A stretch of DNA of 61,073 nt, counting the filler. It is 9 parts of 9 records of this genome, joined end to end, with 100 filler letters (N's around TTAATTAATTAA, not from the genome) between each part and the next. Parts side by side here need not be neighbours in the genome. Positions count along the whole stretch, not along the records: positions 36,118 to 42,182 come from SRR31156797_61911; positions 42,283 to 47,961 come from SRR31156797_61921; positions 48,062 to 54,578 come from SRR31156797_61922; 6 more parts are not named here. One strand, 5' to 3'. Both the position numbers and the translations under genes were made by a program. Positions 39,037 through 48,544 of this stretch are shown piece by piece. Position 1 is the stretch's first letter. Every line of letters starts with the position of its first letter. The notes under the pieces are model-generated. The model searched no databases. It saw only the letters and a list, made by a program, of their open reading frames with translations, and was not told the DNA's origin.

Positions 39037-40163
39037 GAGTGAAAATTTTTAAGGGCCGTACCATTCAAGAGGCCATGGCATCGATCAAGGAGGAGTTGGG
39101 CCCGGACGCAATGATCCTTTCGACCCGGAGGGTTCCCAAGAGTCCCCGGGATCCCTATGCAAAGGAGATGTTCGAGATCGAAGCGGCGCCCAAGGCCGAC
39201 CCCAAGGAGGATGTGGTGGCAAGTCCCAAGGGGTATGTGCTGGAAAGCAAGCCGGACGAGGAGATGGCTCCCCTGAAGGATGAGCTTGCCTCCATCAAGG
39301 ACCTCATCTCCTTTGTGGGGCTTGAAAGCGGGCTGGATTCCCTGATGAGCGATCATTCGGAAGCGGCCGGTCTCTTTGCCTCCCTGCTCAGAAGCGGTAT
39401 TTCTGAAAAAAGGGCGAAGGGGATCCTGAAAAACGCCAGTGCCGCCATGGAGGGCGAGCCCGACCAGGAGGCCGCCTCCATCTCAAGTTTTAAAAAGTAT
39501 GTGATCAAAGAGTGCCTCAAGGAGATCGAAACGGTGGATCCCTTTGCCGAGGGACCGGACGGACTCGGCCAGCCCCATGCGGCCGCCTTTGTCGGACCCA
39601 CCGGGGTCGGAAAGACCACCACCATTGCAAAACTTGCCGCGGAGCTCAAGTTCAAGAGAAAGAAGAACGTTGGCCTGATCTCCATTGACAGCTATCGTAT
39701 GGGCGCCTTTGAACAGTTGAAGTCCTATGCATCCATCATGGGGATCATGTGTGTTCCCGCCTTTTCCAGGGAGGATCTGGTCAAGGCCCTTGAGAGAATG
39801 AGGCATATGGATATTGTTCTCATTGATACGGCCGGCCACAGCCATTCCGATACTGCCAGGATGGAGGAGGTTGCCCAGGTCCTTGACGCGGATTACAAGG
39901 TGTCTGTTCACCTTGTGTTAAGCATGACAACCGGATTCATCGACATGAAGACCGCAGCATCGGCCTTTTCCGCGTTGAATCCTGAATCCTACGTTTTTAC
40001 GAAGATCGATGAGACAGGGCGGTGTGGAAAAATGCTGGACCAGGTGGGTGATTTGAAATTGCCGATCTCCCTGGTGACCAATGGGCAACGAGTCCCTGAG
40101 GATTTGATCGTACCCAAGCCCCAGGATCTTTTGGGATTGATGCTGGGTCGGGATCAGGGATAA
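39033..40163 (+). CDS. flhF: Flagellar SRP-type GTPase FlhF
   Basis: GPTGVGKTTT, DTAG, TKIDE and GQRVPED motifs; ATGA overlap with flhA. Confidence 0.93.
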   Translation: MRVKIFKGRTIQEAMASIKEELGPDAMILSTRRVPKSPRDPYAKEMFEIEAAPKADPKEDVVASPKGYVLESKPDEEMAPLKDELASIKDLISFVGLESGLDSLMSDHSEAAGLFASLLRSGISEKRAKGILKNASAAMEGEPDQEAASISSFKKYVIKECLKEIETVDPFAEGPDGLGQPHAAAFVGPTGVGKTTTIAKLAAELKFKRKKNVGLISIDSYRMGAFEQLKSYASIMGIMCVPAFSREDLVKALERMRHMDIVLIDTAGHSHSDTARMEEVAQVLDADYKVSVHLVLSMTTGFIDMKTAASAFSALNPESYVFTKIDETGRCGKMLDQVGDLKLPISLVTNGQRVPEDLIVPKPQDLLGLMLGRDQG

Positions 40164-40176
40164 AAGGAGGTAACAG

Positions 40177-41073
40177 GTGGATCAGGCAAGCGGGCTTAGA
40201 ACAATTGTAAAATCAGATGCCCTGTCAAGGAGCATGAATGTGAAGGGGACATCCGGGGAGAGATCGGTTCCAAGGGTCATTGCCGTCACAAGCGGTAAGG
40301 GCGGCGTAGGCAAGACCCATTGTGTCGGAAGTCTTGCCCTTGCCCTGACAAAACTTGGGAAACGGGTGGTTGTACTGGATGCCGATGTGGGACTTGCCAA
40401 CATCGATATCCTTTTCAACATGCGCCCCCGGTATAATATCGGCCACATTATCAGCGGTGAAAAAGAACTGAAAGAGGTGATGGTGACCACCAAGCAGGGG
40501 GTGAAGATCATTCCCGGCGGCAGCGGGTTTGCCAACCTGACCCAGCTCACGGACGGTGAAAAGCTCAATCTGCTGACTGAGTTTGAGACATTGGAGGATA
40601 TGGCAGACATCGTGCTCGTGGATACCGGTGCCGGCATATCGTCCAACGTGCTTTATTTTAATGCGGCCTCGGACGAGAATATTGTCATCGCAACCAGGGA
40701 GCCCACTTCCATCACCGATGCCTATGCCTTGATGAAGGTCCTTGCCCGGGATCATGGAATCAGGTATTTTAAACTGGTGATAAATATGGTAAATTCAGAG
40801 AAAGAGGCCAAATCCGTCTATGCCTCGCTCGGGGGAGCCATGGACAGGTTTTTGGGAAATGTCGTGCTGGAGTATTACGGGTATATCCCCTTTGATCCCC
40901 AGCTTCAACAAGCCGTGCTTAAGCGCAGCACCGTTTTTGATTACGCTCCCGAATCTCCTTCGGCGACCCGCATTGGAACGTTAGCTAGAAAAGTGGCGGA
41001 TTCAAAGATCAGGCCGGGATCTGATGGAAACATCAAGTTTTTCATGAACCGGATTTTTGATGGTGTCCGGTAA
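40177..41073 (+). CDS. flhG: MinD-like ATPase FlhG/FleN
   Basis: N-terminal DQASGLR; SGKGGVGKT and EPTSITDAYA motifs. Confidence 0.92.
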   Translation: MDQASGLRTIVKSDALSRSMNVKGTSGERSVPRVIAVTSGKGGVGKTHCVGSLALALTKLGKRVVVLDADVGLANIDILFNMRPRYNIGHIISGEKELKEVMVTTKQGVKIIPGGSGFANLTQLTDGEKLNLLTEFETLEDMADIVLVDTGAGISSNVLYFNAASDENIVIATREPTSITDAYALMKVLARDHGIRYFKLVINMVNSEKEAKSVYASLGGAMDRFLGNVVLEYYGYIPFDPQLQQAVLKRSTVFDYAPESPSATRIGTLARKVADSKIRPGSDGNIKFFMNRIFDGVR

Positions 41074-41124
41074 AACAGGCGCTTGGGGGCGGACAAAAAA
41101 ATGTTGACAAGGGCATTGGCGTAA

Positions 41125-41904
41125 ATGAAACAATCATATCGGGACAGAAAAAAGCAGGGCGGTTCCTGGCGGGAGGAGATGATTGTCGAGTACTCTTTTC
41201 TCGTTAAGCAGATCGCTTCGCGATTTGCCCGGCGGCTTCCCTCGAGCGTGCTTTTTGACGAGCTTGTGAGTGCTGGTTCCCTGGGGCTCATTGATGCGGT
41301 GGATAAGTTTAACCCGGATAAGCATGTCAGCCTCAAGACATATGCCCAGTACAGGATAAAGGGCGCCATTCTGGACGAACTCAGGAGTATGGATACCTAC
41401 TCCAGGTCCATGAGAAAAAAAATTCAGGACATTTCAAAGGCGGTCAAGGCGATTGAGGATGAAAAAGGGCGGCCGGCCTCGGACGACGAAGTGGCAAAGG
41501 CCCTGGGGGTCGAGCTGGAAACCTATTATAACATGCTCTCCAGCATCCACGGCGCAGCGATTTTAAGCCTTGATGCCTTTATCCGGACAAGGGACAACGA
41601 TACCTCCTCCAATACACGATTTCAGTCGGGGCTTAAAGGTGGGGACAATCCTGCCGATCTTCTTGACAGGGAGGAGATGAAGTCTGAGCTTGCCAAGTCC
41701 ATCAGGACCTTGACCGAGAAAGAGCAGCTTGTTGTCTCCCTTTACTATTATGAAGAGCTGACGTTAAAGGAGATCGGGGAGGTCTTGAGTTTGACGGAGT
41801 CAAGGATCTGCCAGATTCATACGGCCATCCTGATCAAGCTGAAGACAAGGCTCAAGAGCTATTTTGGAAAAACCACTTCGGTTTTAACGGCGTTTGGTCT
41901 GTAA
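41125..41904 (+). CDS. fliA: Flagellar sigma factor sigma28
   Basis: GLIDAVDKF, YRIKGAILDELR and ELTLKEIGEVLSLTESRICQIH motifs. Confidence 0.93.
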   Translation: MKQSYRDRKKQGGSWREEMIVEYSFLVKQIASRFARRLPSSVLFDELVSAGSLGLIDAVDKFNPDKHVSLKTYAQYRIKGAILDELRSMDTYSRSMRKKIQDISKAVKAIEDEKGRPASDDEVAKALGVELETYYNMLSSIHGAAILSLDAFIRTRDNDTSSNTRFQSGLKGGDNPADLLDREEMKSELAKSIRTLTEKEQLVVSLYYYEELTLKEIGEVLSLTESRICQIHTAILIKLKTRLKSYFGKTTSVLTAFGL

Positions 41905-41921
41905 ACTTTGAGAGGTCTTAA

Positions 41922-42182
41922 ATGTCTGTATCCAATTCCGATGACGATACCCTGATATCCCAGGATGATATTGACAAGCTGCTGAGTGCGTCATCCCTTG
42001 ATGAAGCGGAAGATGCCATCGGCTCATCCGATGATGAGCTGGGGGAGCTTTCCCAGGATGATATCGACAGCCTGTTGAACAATGTCTCCCTGGATGCCGA
42101 TCTTCCCGGGGATGATGCCGTTCCTGCCGAACCGGATGAGGATGATCTGGAACTGGTGTCCCAGGATGATATCGACCGGCTC
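41922..42182 (+). CDS. Acidic protein with tandem SQDDIDxLL motifs (3'-truncated)
   Basis: SD GAGG; ISQDDIDKLL, LSQDDIDSLL and VSQDDIDRL; DNA repeat TCCCAGGATGATATYGAC at 41958, 42051 and 42159. Confidence 0.8.
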
Positions 42183-42282
42183 NNNNNNNNNNNNNNNNNN
42201 NNNNNNNNNNNNNNNNNNNNNNNNNNTTAATTAATTAANNNNNNNNNNNNNNNNNNNNNNNNNNNNNNNNNNNNNNNNNNNN
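42183..42282. other. Artificial contig-joining spacer
   Basis: N-run + TTAATTAATTAA + N-run. Confidence 0.97.
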
Positions 42283-42283
42283 G

Positions 42284-43270
42284 TACGATATTCTTCATCG
42301 CATCATTCGCGACGTCGAAATGGCCGTGCGCAAACGGGTCGCCAATTACGTCGCCGAACGGGCGGATGTCAGCCTCGAGCTGGCCAATCTGTTGGCCAAT
42401 GACGAAATCGAGGTGGCCTATCCCGTCCTTCTCAAGAGCGAGGTCTTGAAAGACGCGTCTCTGATCGAAGTCATCCGCAACCGAACCCTGGAACACCAGT
42501 TGGCGATCGCCATTCGCCACGATGTCAGCGAAGCGGTCTCGGATGCCCTGGTTGAATACGGCGACGAGAGCGTCATCAAGGCCCTTCTTAACAACGACAA
42601 CGCCCGACTATCGAAGGCGACGATGGAATCGCTGGTCGAGCAGTCGCGGCGGATCGATACGTTTCGGGAACCGGTTTTGCGCCGGGCGGAATTGGAACCG
42701 GTACTGGCAAAACGGATGTTCCTTTGGGTATCCGCGGCGCTCAGGCAGATAATCGTCGAACAGTTCAAACTCGATCCGGAAACCGTTGACGACCTTCTGG
42801 AAAAAGCCGTGTTCGAAGAACTGGAAGAGAATGACGGAGGCAGCCGGCCGACAAAAACGACCGAATTGGCGGCTTCCCTGGTGGAAACCAAGGAAATCAC
42901 GCCGGAGATGCTGATTTCCCTTTTGGAAGAAGGGGAAGTATCCCTTTTTGTTTCGGTTTTCGCCCGCATGACAAAAATATCGGACAAGTTGGTCATGCGG
43001 ATCCTTTTCGAACCCGGCGGCGAAGGCTTGGCCATCGCCTGCAAAGCCTTGGATCTGGAAAAACTCATCTTTTCCTCGATCTTCACACTGTCGCGGAAAG
43101 CCAGACCCAGTCTCCGCCAGACGTTGCGACGGGACCTGCGGCGATCGCTTGGTCTTTACGATCAAATGACCGAAAAATCCGCGAGAAAAGTTTTACGGCT
43201 TTGGCAACGCAACACGGATTACCTGAGCGCGATCAGGGAACTCGAGATATCGTCGACAAAGCATGCCTGA
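42284..43270 (+). CDS. DUF2336-domain protein (5'-truncated)
   Basis: LANDEIEVAYPVLLKSEVLKDASLIE...HQLAIAIR...VSEAVSDALV...LLNNDNARLS. Confidence 0.85.
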   Translation, partial: YDILHRIIRDVEMAVRKRVANYVAERADVSLELANLLANDEIEVAYPVLLKSEVLKDASLIEVIRNRTLEHQLAIAIRHDVSEAVSDALVEYGDESVIKALLNNDNARLSKATMESLVEQSRRIDTFREPVLRRAELEPVLAKRMFLWVSAALRQIIVEQFKLDPETVDDLLEKAVFEELEENDGGSRPTKTTELAASLVETKEITPEMLISLLEEGEVSLFVSVFARMTKISDKLVMRILFEPGGEGLAIACKALDLEKLIFSSIFTLSRKARPSLRQTLRRDLRRSLGLYDQMTEKSARKVLRLWQRNTDYLSAIRELEISSTKHA

Positions 43271-46148
43271 TTGGAAAGTCGGAAAAAAACATCCGGGTGA
43301 AGACGGGGCACCTCCTGCCAAGGGACACGAATTCGGCGGGAACAAGGCCGATCTTGTGCGTCGCCTCGACGATATCACTCGGCTTGTTTCCGACTGGGTA
43401 TGGGAAACCGACGAAGAATTCCGCCTGACTTTTCTGTCGTTCAGGGTGTTCGAGGTCCTTGGTTTTCATTCGCTTGAACTGGTCGGCCGGCGGATGACCG
43501 ATTTGGGGGCCTTTTCATCGGAAGACGGCACCCCGATCGAACTTGACTGGAAGGTGCCTTTTCGCGACGTCGCCCTCGAAATCGAAGACCGCAACGGAAA
43601 CCACAAGCATTTCCGGGTCAGCGGACTGCCCGTCTATTCGCCGGAATCGGGGGCATTTACCGGTGTTCTCGGAACCGCGCGCGATATCACCCTTCACCGT
43701 CGCGCCGAACTGGCGCTTAGGGAATCCGAGTATCTGCTGCGTACGGTCGTATCCAACGTGCCGGTTATTCTGTCCTCGTTGGACCGCGACGGCACATTTG
43801 TGCTGTCCGAAGGGAAAAGCCTTTCCGCCTTGGGTTTGGGCCCCGGCGAGGCCGTCGGCAAATCGGTTTTCGAACTCTACCGCGATGTTCCCGAGGCCGG
43901 CCGCTGTTTCCGCCGCGCCCTTGCCGGCGAGGTGGTTCAAGCGATTGTCGAGTATGGCGATTCGACATTCCAAAGCACCTACTCGCCGATTCGTGACGAC
44001 CAGGACCAAATAACCGGCGTCATCGGTGTTGCCGCAAACATTACCGGGCGGGCGCGGGCTCAGAACGAACTGCGCGAAAGCGAAGAGAGGTTCAGAAACC
44101 TGATCGAAGGCTCCCTGTTGGGAATCGTCATCGACCACAATGGCGAACCGGCCTTCGCCAACCAGGCCTTTGCTCAAATGTTCGGATACGGCAGCGGCGA
44201 ACAGATACTCGGGTTGGAATCACTGGACGCTTTGTACCAGTCGCAGGAAGTCGAGAGGATCCGGAAATACCGGGCGGACCGCATGGCCGGACGGCCGGCT
44301 CCGACCCGCTACGAGTTCGCCGGACGCAAACGCGACGGAACGCCGATTTTGGTGGAAACGCAGGTCCGGGCGGTCACTTGGAAGGGCCGTCCCGCGGTGC
44401 AATCGACAGTCATCGACATTACCGACCGGCAACGGATGCTGGACAATCTTAGACAGCTCTCGCAGGCGGTCGAACAAAGCCCCGCCTCGGTCGTCATCAC
44501 CAACACCAAAGGTGCGATCGAATATGTGAACGAGAAATTCGTCCGCATTACAGGCTATTCGGCCGAAGAGGCGATCGGAAAAAACCCGCGCATTCTTAAA
44601 TCCGGCAAAACGCCGCCGGAAAGATACGAGGAAATGTGGCGGGCGTTGGGTGCGGGGCTCGAGTGGCGCGGCGAATTCCTCAACAAGAAGAAAAACGGCG
44701 ATTTGTTCTGGGAATACGCGTCGATCTCGCCGATCAAGGATCTCGATGGCGAGACGACCCACTATCTGGCCGTCAAGGAAGACATAACCCTTCGCAAGGA
44801 ATATGAAAAAAGGCTGATTCAACAGGCCAATTTCGACGAGATGACGGGCCTGCCGAACCGCGGCCTGGCCGTCGACCGGCTATTCCAGGCAACCGCAAGA
44901 TGCGCCCGGGAAAATGCGAAGGTCGGCCTTATGTTCATCGATCTGGACCGTTTCAAGGCCGTCAACGATACATTGGGGCATGCCTCCGGCGATATCGTGC
45001 TGAAGGAGGCGGGCGAGCGAATCAGGGCATGCCTGCGGGCCGGCGACACGGTCGCCCGTCTCGGCGGCGACGAATTCACGGTCATCCTGCCGGGTCTGGC
45101 GATGGGCATCGACGCCGAACCGGTCGCCCAAAAGATCCTCGAGACGTTCCGCCCGGCATTTTTGATCGAGGGACGCGAGGTCTTCCTGTCCGCCAGTGTC
45201 GGCATCACAATTTGGCCCGACGACGGGGCCGATCGGGACCAGTTGCTTGGCAACGCCGATTCGGCCATGTATCAGGCGAAGGAATTGGGCCGCAACAATT
45301 TCCGGTTTTTTACGCCGGAACTGAACGAGAAGGCCCTTGGCCGGGCGCGCATGGAAAACCAAATCCGGCATGCCCTGGAACGCGGCGAATTCGAGCTGAA
45401 CTACCAGCCGATGGTGGATCTCCGCAGCGGCCGGATGATCCGTGTCGAAGCCTTGATTCGCTGGAACAATCCGGAATTGGGCAGAGTCGGTCCCGATCAG
45501 TTTATCCCGCTGGCCGAAGATATCGGCCTGATCGGAAGCATCGGCGAATGGGTGGTGAAGCGGGCTTGCCGGCAGGCCGAAGACTGGCGCATCAAAGGGA
45601 TCGTGCCGGAACGCATCTCGATCAACGTCTCAAGCCGGCAGTTCCGGGGACCGGGGTTGATCGAAATGGTTCTCGGCGCATTGGAACAAACGCTGATTCA
45701 GCCCGACAATCTTGAACTTGAGATCACCGAAAACCTGTTGATGGCGGATATCCCGGAGATCCGGGAATTGCTCGATCGGTTGCGGCAATTGGGAATAAGC
45801 CTGTCGATCGATGATTTCGGCACCGGTTATTCGTCATTGAGCTACCTTCGCCGTTTCCCGGTAAACGTTCTGAAGATCGACAAGTCATTCGTTCAGGACG
45901 TGACGACCGATTCGGAAAGTGCCTCCCTGGTCGAAGCCATCGTCAACATGGCTCGAAGCCTGGGTCTTGAGGTTGTCGCCGAAGGCGTGGAAACCGATGG
46001 CCAGATGGAATTCCTGCGGGCCTGCGGTTGCGACGTCGCTCAGGGCTATTATTTCAGCAAACCGATCCCGGGCGATCGGTTCGAATCCCTCGTAAAAAGT
46101 TGGGATCCTGCCGCCTATATCGGAAAAGCGGAACCGACGGCCGAATAG
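43263..46148 (+). CDS. 4xPAS-GGDEF-EAL c-di-GMP cyclase/phosphodiesterase
   Basis: Four PAS/PAC units; RAGD I-site five residues before GGDEF; EAL, DDFGTGYSSL and EGVE motifs. Confidence 0.94.
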   Translation: MPDWKVGKKHPGEDGAPPAKGHEFGGNKADLVRRLDDITRLVSDWVWETDEEFRLTFLSFRVFEVLGFHSLELVGRRMTDLGAFSSEDGTPIELDWKVPFRDVALEIEDRNGNHKHFRVSGLPVYSPESGAFTGVLGTARDITLHRRAELALRESEYLLRTVVSNVPVILSSLDRDGTFVLSEGKSLSALGLGPGEAVGKSVFELYRDVPEAGRCFRRALAGEVVQAIVEYGDSTFQSTYSPIRDDQDQITGVIGVAANITGRARAQNELRESEERFRNLIEGSLLGIVIDHNGEPAFANQAFAQMFGYGSGEQILGLESLDALYQSQEVERIRKYRADRMAGRPAPTRYEFAGRKRDGTPILVETQVRAVTWKGRPAVQSTVIDITDRQRMLDNLRQLSQAVEQSPASVVITNTKGAIEYVNEKFVRITGYSAEEAIGKNPRILKSGKTPPERYEEMWRALGAGLEWRGEFLNKKKNGDLFWEYASISPIKDLDGETTHYLAVKEDITLRKEYEKRLIQQANFDEMTGLPNRGLAVDRLFQATARCARENAKVGLMFIDLDRFKAVNDTLGHASGDIVLKEAGERIRACLRAGDTVARLGGDEFTVILPGLAMGIDAEPVAQKILETFRPAFLIEGREVFLSASVGITIWPDDGADRDQLLGNADSAMYQAKELGRNNFRFFTPELNEKALGRARMENQIRHALERGEFELNYQPMVDLRSGRMIRVEALIRWNNPELGRVGPDQFIPLAEDIGLIGSIGEWVVKRACRQAEDWRIKGIVPERISINVSSRQFRGPGLIEMVLGALEQTLIQPDNLELEITENLLMADIPEIRELLDRLRQLGISLSIDDFGTGYSSLSYLRRFPVNVLKIDKSFVQDVTTDSESASLVEAIVNMARSLGLEVVAEGVETDGQMEFLRACGCDVAQGYYFSKPIPGDRFESLVKSWDPAAYIGKAEPTAE

Positions 46149-46257
46149 ATCGAAAAGGCGATATCCGAGCGAAGGGACCTGCCGGGTCAATCGAACGATC
46201 TGAATGTTGACGCGCCGCCGGCAATACGAACCGGTTTGGCGAAGGGATTTTGAACGC

Positions 46258-47202
46258 ATGTTTCCGGAACTCGAACCTTACTCCCACGGTTTTCTCGAGC
46301 GTGACGGAGGCCATCGGATCTATTGGGAGGAATCGGGTTCATCCGACGGTATTCCGGTGGTGTTCCTGCATGGCGGGCCGGGGGCCGGCGCTTCCCCCGT
46401 TCACAGACGATATTTCGACCCCGGCCAATACCGTATCGTCATCTTCGATCAGCGTGGCGCCGGCCGATCGCGTCCGCACGCCAGGATCGAGGAAAACTCG
46501 ACGCCGCATCTTGTCGGCGACATGGAGGCGTTGCGGAAATACCTGGGCATCGATCGCTGGCTGGTCTTTGGCGGCTCCTGGGGGGCGACGCTGGGCCTCG
46601 TCTATGGCATCGAACACCCGACGAAATGCCTGGGTTTCGTGCTGCGAGGCGTTTTCCTGGGATCGGCCGAGGAAACCGATTGGTTCCTTCACGGCATGGC
46701 CCGTATCCAGCCCGAGGCCCATCGGGCTTTCACCGGATACCTGCCGGAAGCCGAACGCGGCGACCTGTTGAACGCCTATCGCCGCCGAATCGAAGACCCG
46801 GATTCGAAAATACATCTGCCCGCCGCGCGGGCCTGGATGGGGTACGAAACCGCCTGCTCCACCTTGAAACCGCAATCGGGCGCCACCTTCACAAGCCCCG
46901 CAAACGACCGGGCCGCACTTTCGATGGCCCGCATCAGTACGCACTATTTCGCCAACCGGTTTTTCCTGAACGACCGCCCTCTGGTCGACGAAATCGGGGC
47001 GATTCGGCAATTGCCGGCAATCATCGTGCAGGGGCGCTATGATCTCGTTTGTCCGATTGCCGCCGCCGACCGCCTGGCCGGAGCCTGGCCGGACAGCGAG
47101 TTGGTGATCGTCCCGGATGCCGGGCATTCGGCCCTTGAACCGGGCATTCGCCAGGCCCTGGTGGCGGCTACCGACAAACTTAAGCGGGTGCTGAGAAAGT
47201 GA
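46258..47202 (+). CDS. pip: Proline iminopeptidase
   Basis: LHGGPG, FDQRG, GGSWG, QGRYD and AGHS motifs. Confidence 0.93.
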   Translation: MFPELEPYSHGFLERDGGHRIYWEESGSSDGIPVVFLHGGPGAGASPVHRRYFDPGQYRIVIFDQRGAGRSRPHARIEENSTPHLVGDMEALRKYLGIDRWLVFGGSWGATLGLVYGIEHPTKCLGFVLRGVFLGSAEETDWFLHGMARIQPEAHRAFTGYLPEAERGDLLNAYRRRIEDPDSKIHLPAARAWMGYETACSTLKPQSGATFTSPANDRAALSMARISTHYFANRFFLNDRPLVDEIGAIRQLPAIIVQGRYDLVCPIAAADRLAGAWPDSELVIVPDAGHSALEPGIRQALVAATDKLKRVLRK

Positions 47203-47304
47203 CCGCTTCGCCTATCGGGAGCGGACAAGCGCTTTGATTTCCTTGCATATTCCGCCCCTTTTCGTAAGATGCGCTTGAATCGGCCTGGAAAAACGGGGAA
47301 CCCG

Positions 47305-47823
47305 ATGCCGAAATCCTGGATTGTTCCAATCGCCTTGCTCGCATTTTGGTGCGGCCTCTTTGGGCTGCAGCCGGCGCGGGCCGACGACCCCGATTTTCTT
47401 TCCTTCGGCGCCGGGTATTTCGACTTCAACCGCAAAAAGGACGAAGGCGCCGAATTCCGGCTCGAATACCGCTCGGACTGGAAACTTTGGCAGATCAAAC
47501 CGTATGCCGCCATTGCCGGCGCCACAAGCGGCCATGGATTTGTCGGCGCCGGCATCCTGATGGACGTCTTTTTCGGACGCCGCTTCGTGGTGACGCCGAG
47601 CTTCGGTCCGCATTTCTATTTCGGCGGCGACGACGATTTGGACCTCGATTATCCCTTGGAATTCCGCTCGCAGATCGAATTCGCCTACCGGTTCGACGAT
47701 CGTTCCCGCCTCGGCTTGGCGATCAGCCACTATTCCAACGCCAGCCTCGGCGATTCGAACCCGGGCACCGAAACGGCGACGGTCTATTACTCGGTTCCCT
47801 TCGACAAGGTCTTCGGCAATTAG
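47305..47823 (+). CDS. PagL-like lipid A 3-O-deacylase (acyloxyacyl hydrolase) outer-membrane barrel
   Basis: Signal peptide; EFRSQIE and HYSNAS...NPGTE motifs. Confidence 0.85.
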   Translation: MPKSWIVPIALLAFWCGLFGLQPARADDPDFLSFGAGYFDFNRKKDEGAEFRLEYRSDWKLWQIKPYAAIAGATSGHGFVGAGILMDVFFGRRFVVTPSFGPHFYFGGDDDLDLDYPLEFRSQIEFAYRFDDRSRLGLAISHYSNASLGDSNPGTETATVYYSVPFDKVFGN

Positions 47824-47914
47824 TCGATTATTTTTGCGGCGCCCGGGATACCGAATTCGTCGGATTTCAGGCGTGACGGCAACCGTCCCGATTATGATAT
47901 AAGGTCGTACGCGC

Positions 47915-47961
47915 GGCCCCGTAGCTCAGCAGGATAGAGCACCAGATTCCTAATCTGGGTG
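47915..47961 (+). tRNA. tRNA-Arg(CCT), 5' portion (truncated by contig end)
   Basis: GGCCCCG-TA-GCTC AGCAGGATA GAGC D-arm; anticodon arm CCAGA-TTCCTAA-TCTGG. Confidence 0.88.
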
Positions 47962-48061
47962 NNNNNNNNNNNNNNNNNNNNNNNNNNNNNNNNNNNNNNN
48001 NNNNNTTAATTAATTAANNNNNNNNNNNNNNNNNNNNNNNNNNNNNNNNNNNNNNNNNNNN
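47962..48061. other. Artificial contig-joining spacer
   Basis: N-run + TTAATTAATTAA + N-run. Confidence 0.97.
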
Positions 48062-48526
48062 CAGTATGTCCAAAACTATTCCGTCGATCTCTTCACCCTC
48101 GGCCATATCATGGAGTTTCAGCCCTACGCCAACCAGATCCCTGACTGTTTTGCGCGGATGTAAGGAAGAGTAAGGATCCTGGAAAATGAGTTGCACCATC
48201 TTGGCCCGTTCATGAGCATCTTGACCGGTCAAACGCACGATGCTTTGATTCTTGAATTCAATTTGACCGGACGTCACCGGCGCCAATCCGACCAGGGCTT
48301 TTCCCAGGCTGGTTTTGCCGCAGCCGGATTCGCCCACTAAACCGACCGATTCACCCGGCCAAAGCTGCAAGGTCACTCCGCCCACGGCCTTGACGGTATG
48401 TCGGCTGCGATGCAACAGTCCTTCCCGGATGGGGAAATGCACATGAAGGTCGGTCAGTTTCAAGATGGGAGTATCCGACTCTTCATCCCGAGAGACGGCA
48501 AGGTTCCGGTTATTATTAAAGGCCAT
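48062..48526 (-). CDS. Peptide ABC transporter ATPase, DppF/OppF-like (3'-truncated)
   Basis: GESGCGKT and IFQDPYSSL motifs. Confidence 0.9.
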
Positions 48527-48544
48527 GCATTCCTCTGTCTGCAA

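Noticed and set aside
43263-43350. N-terminal extension of the GGDEF-EAL protein, faintly like DUF5681/NUMOD motifs
   Set aside because: The similarity is too weak; it is probably a disordered leader.
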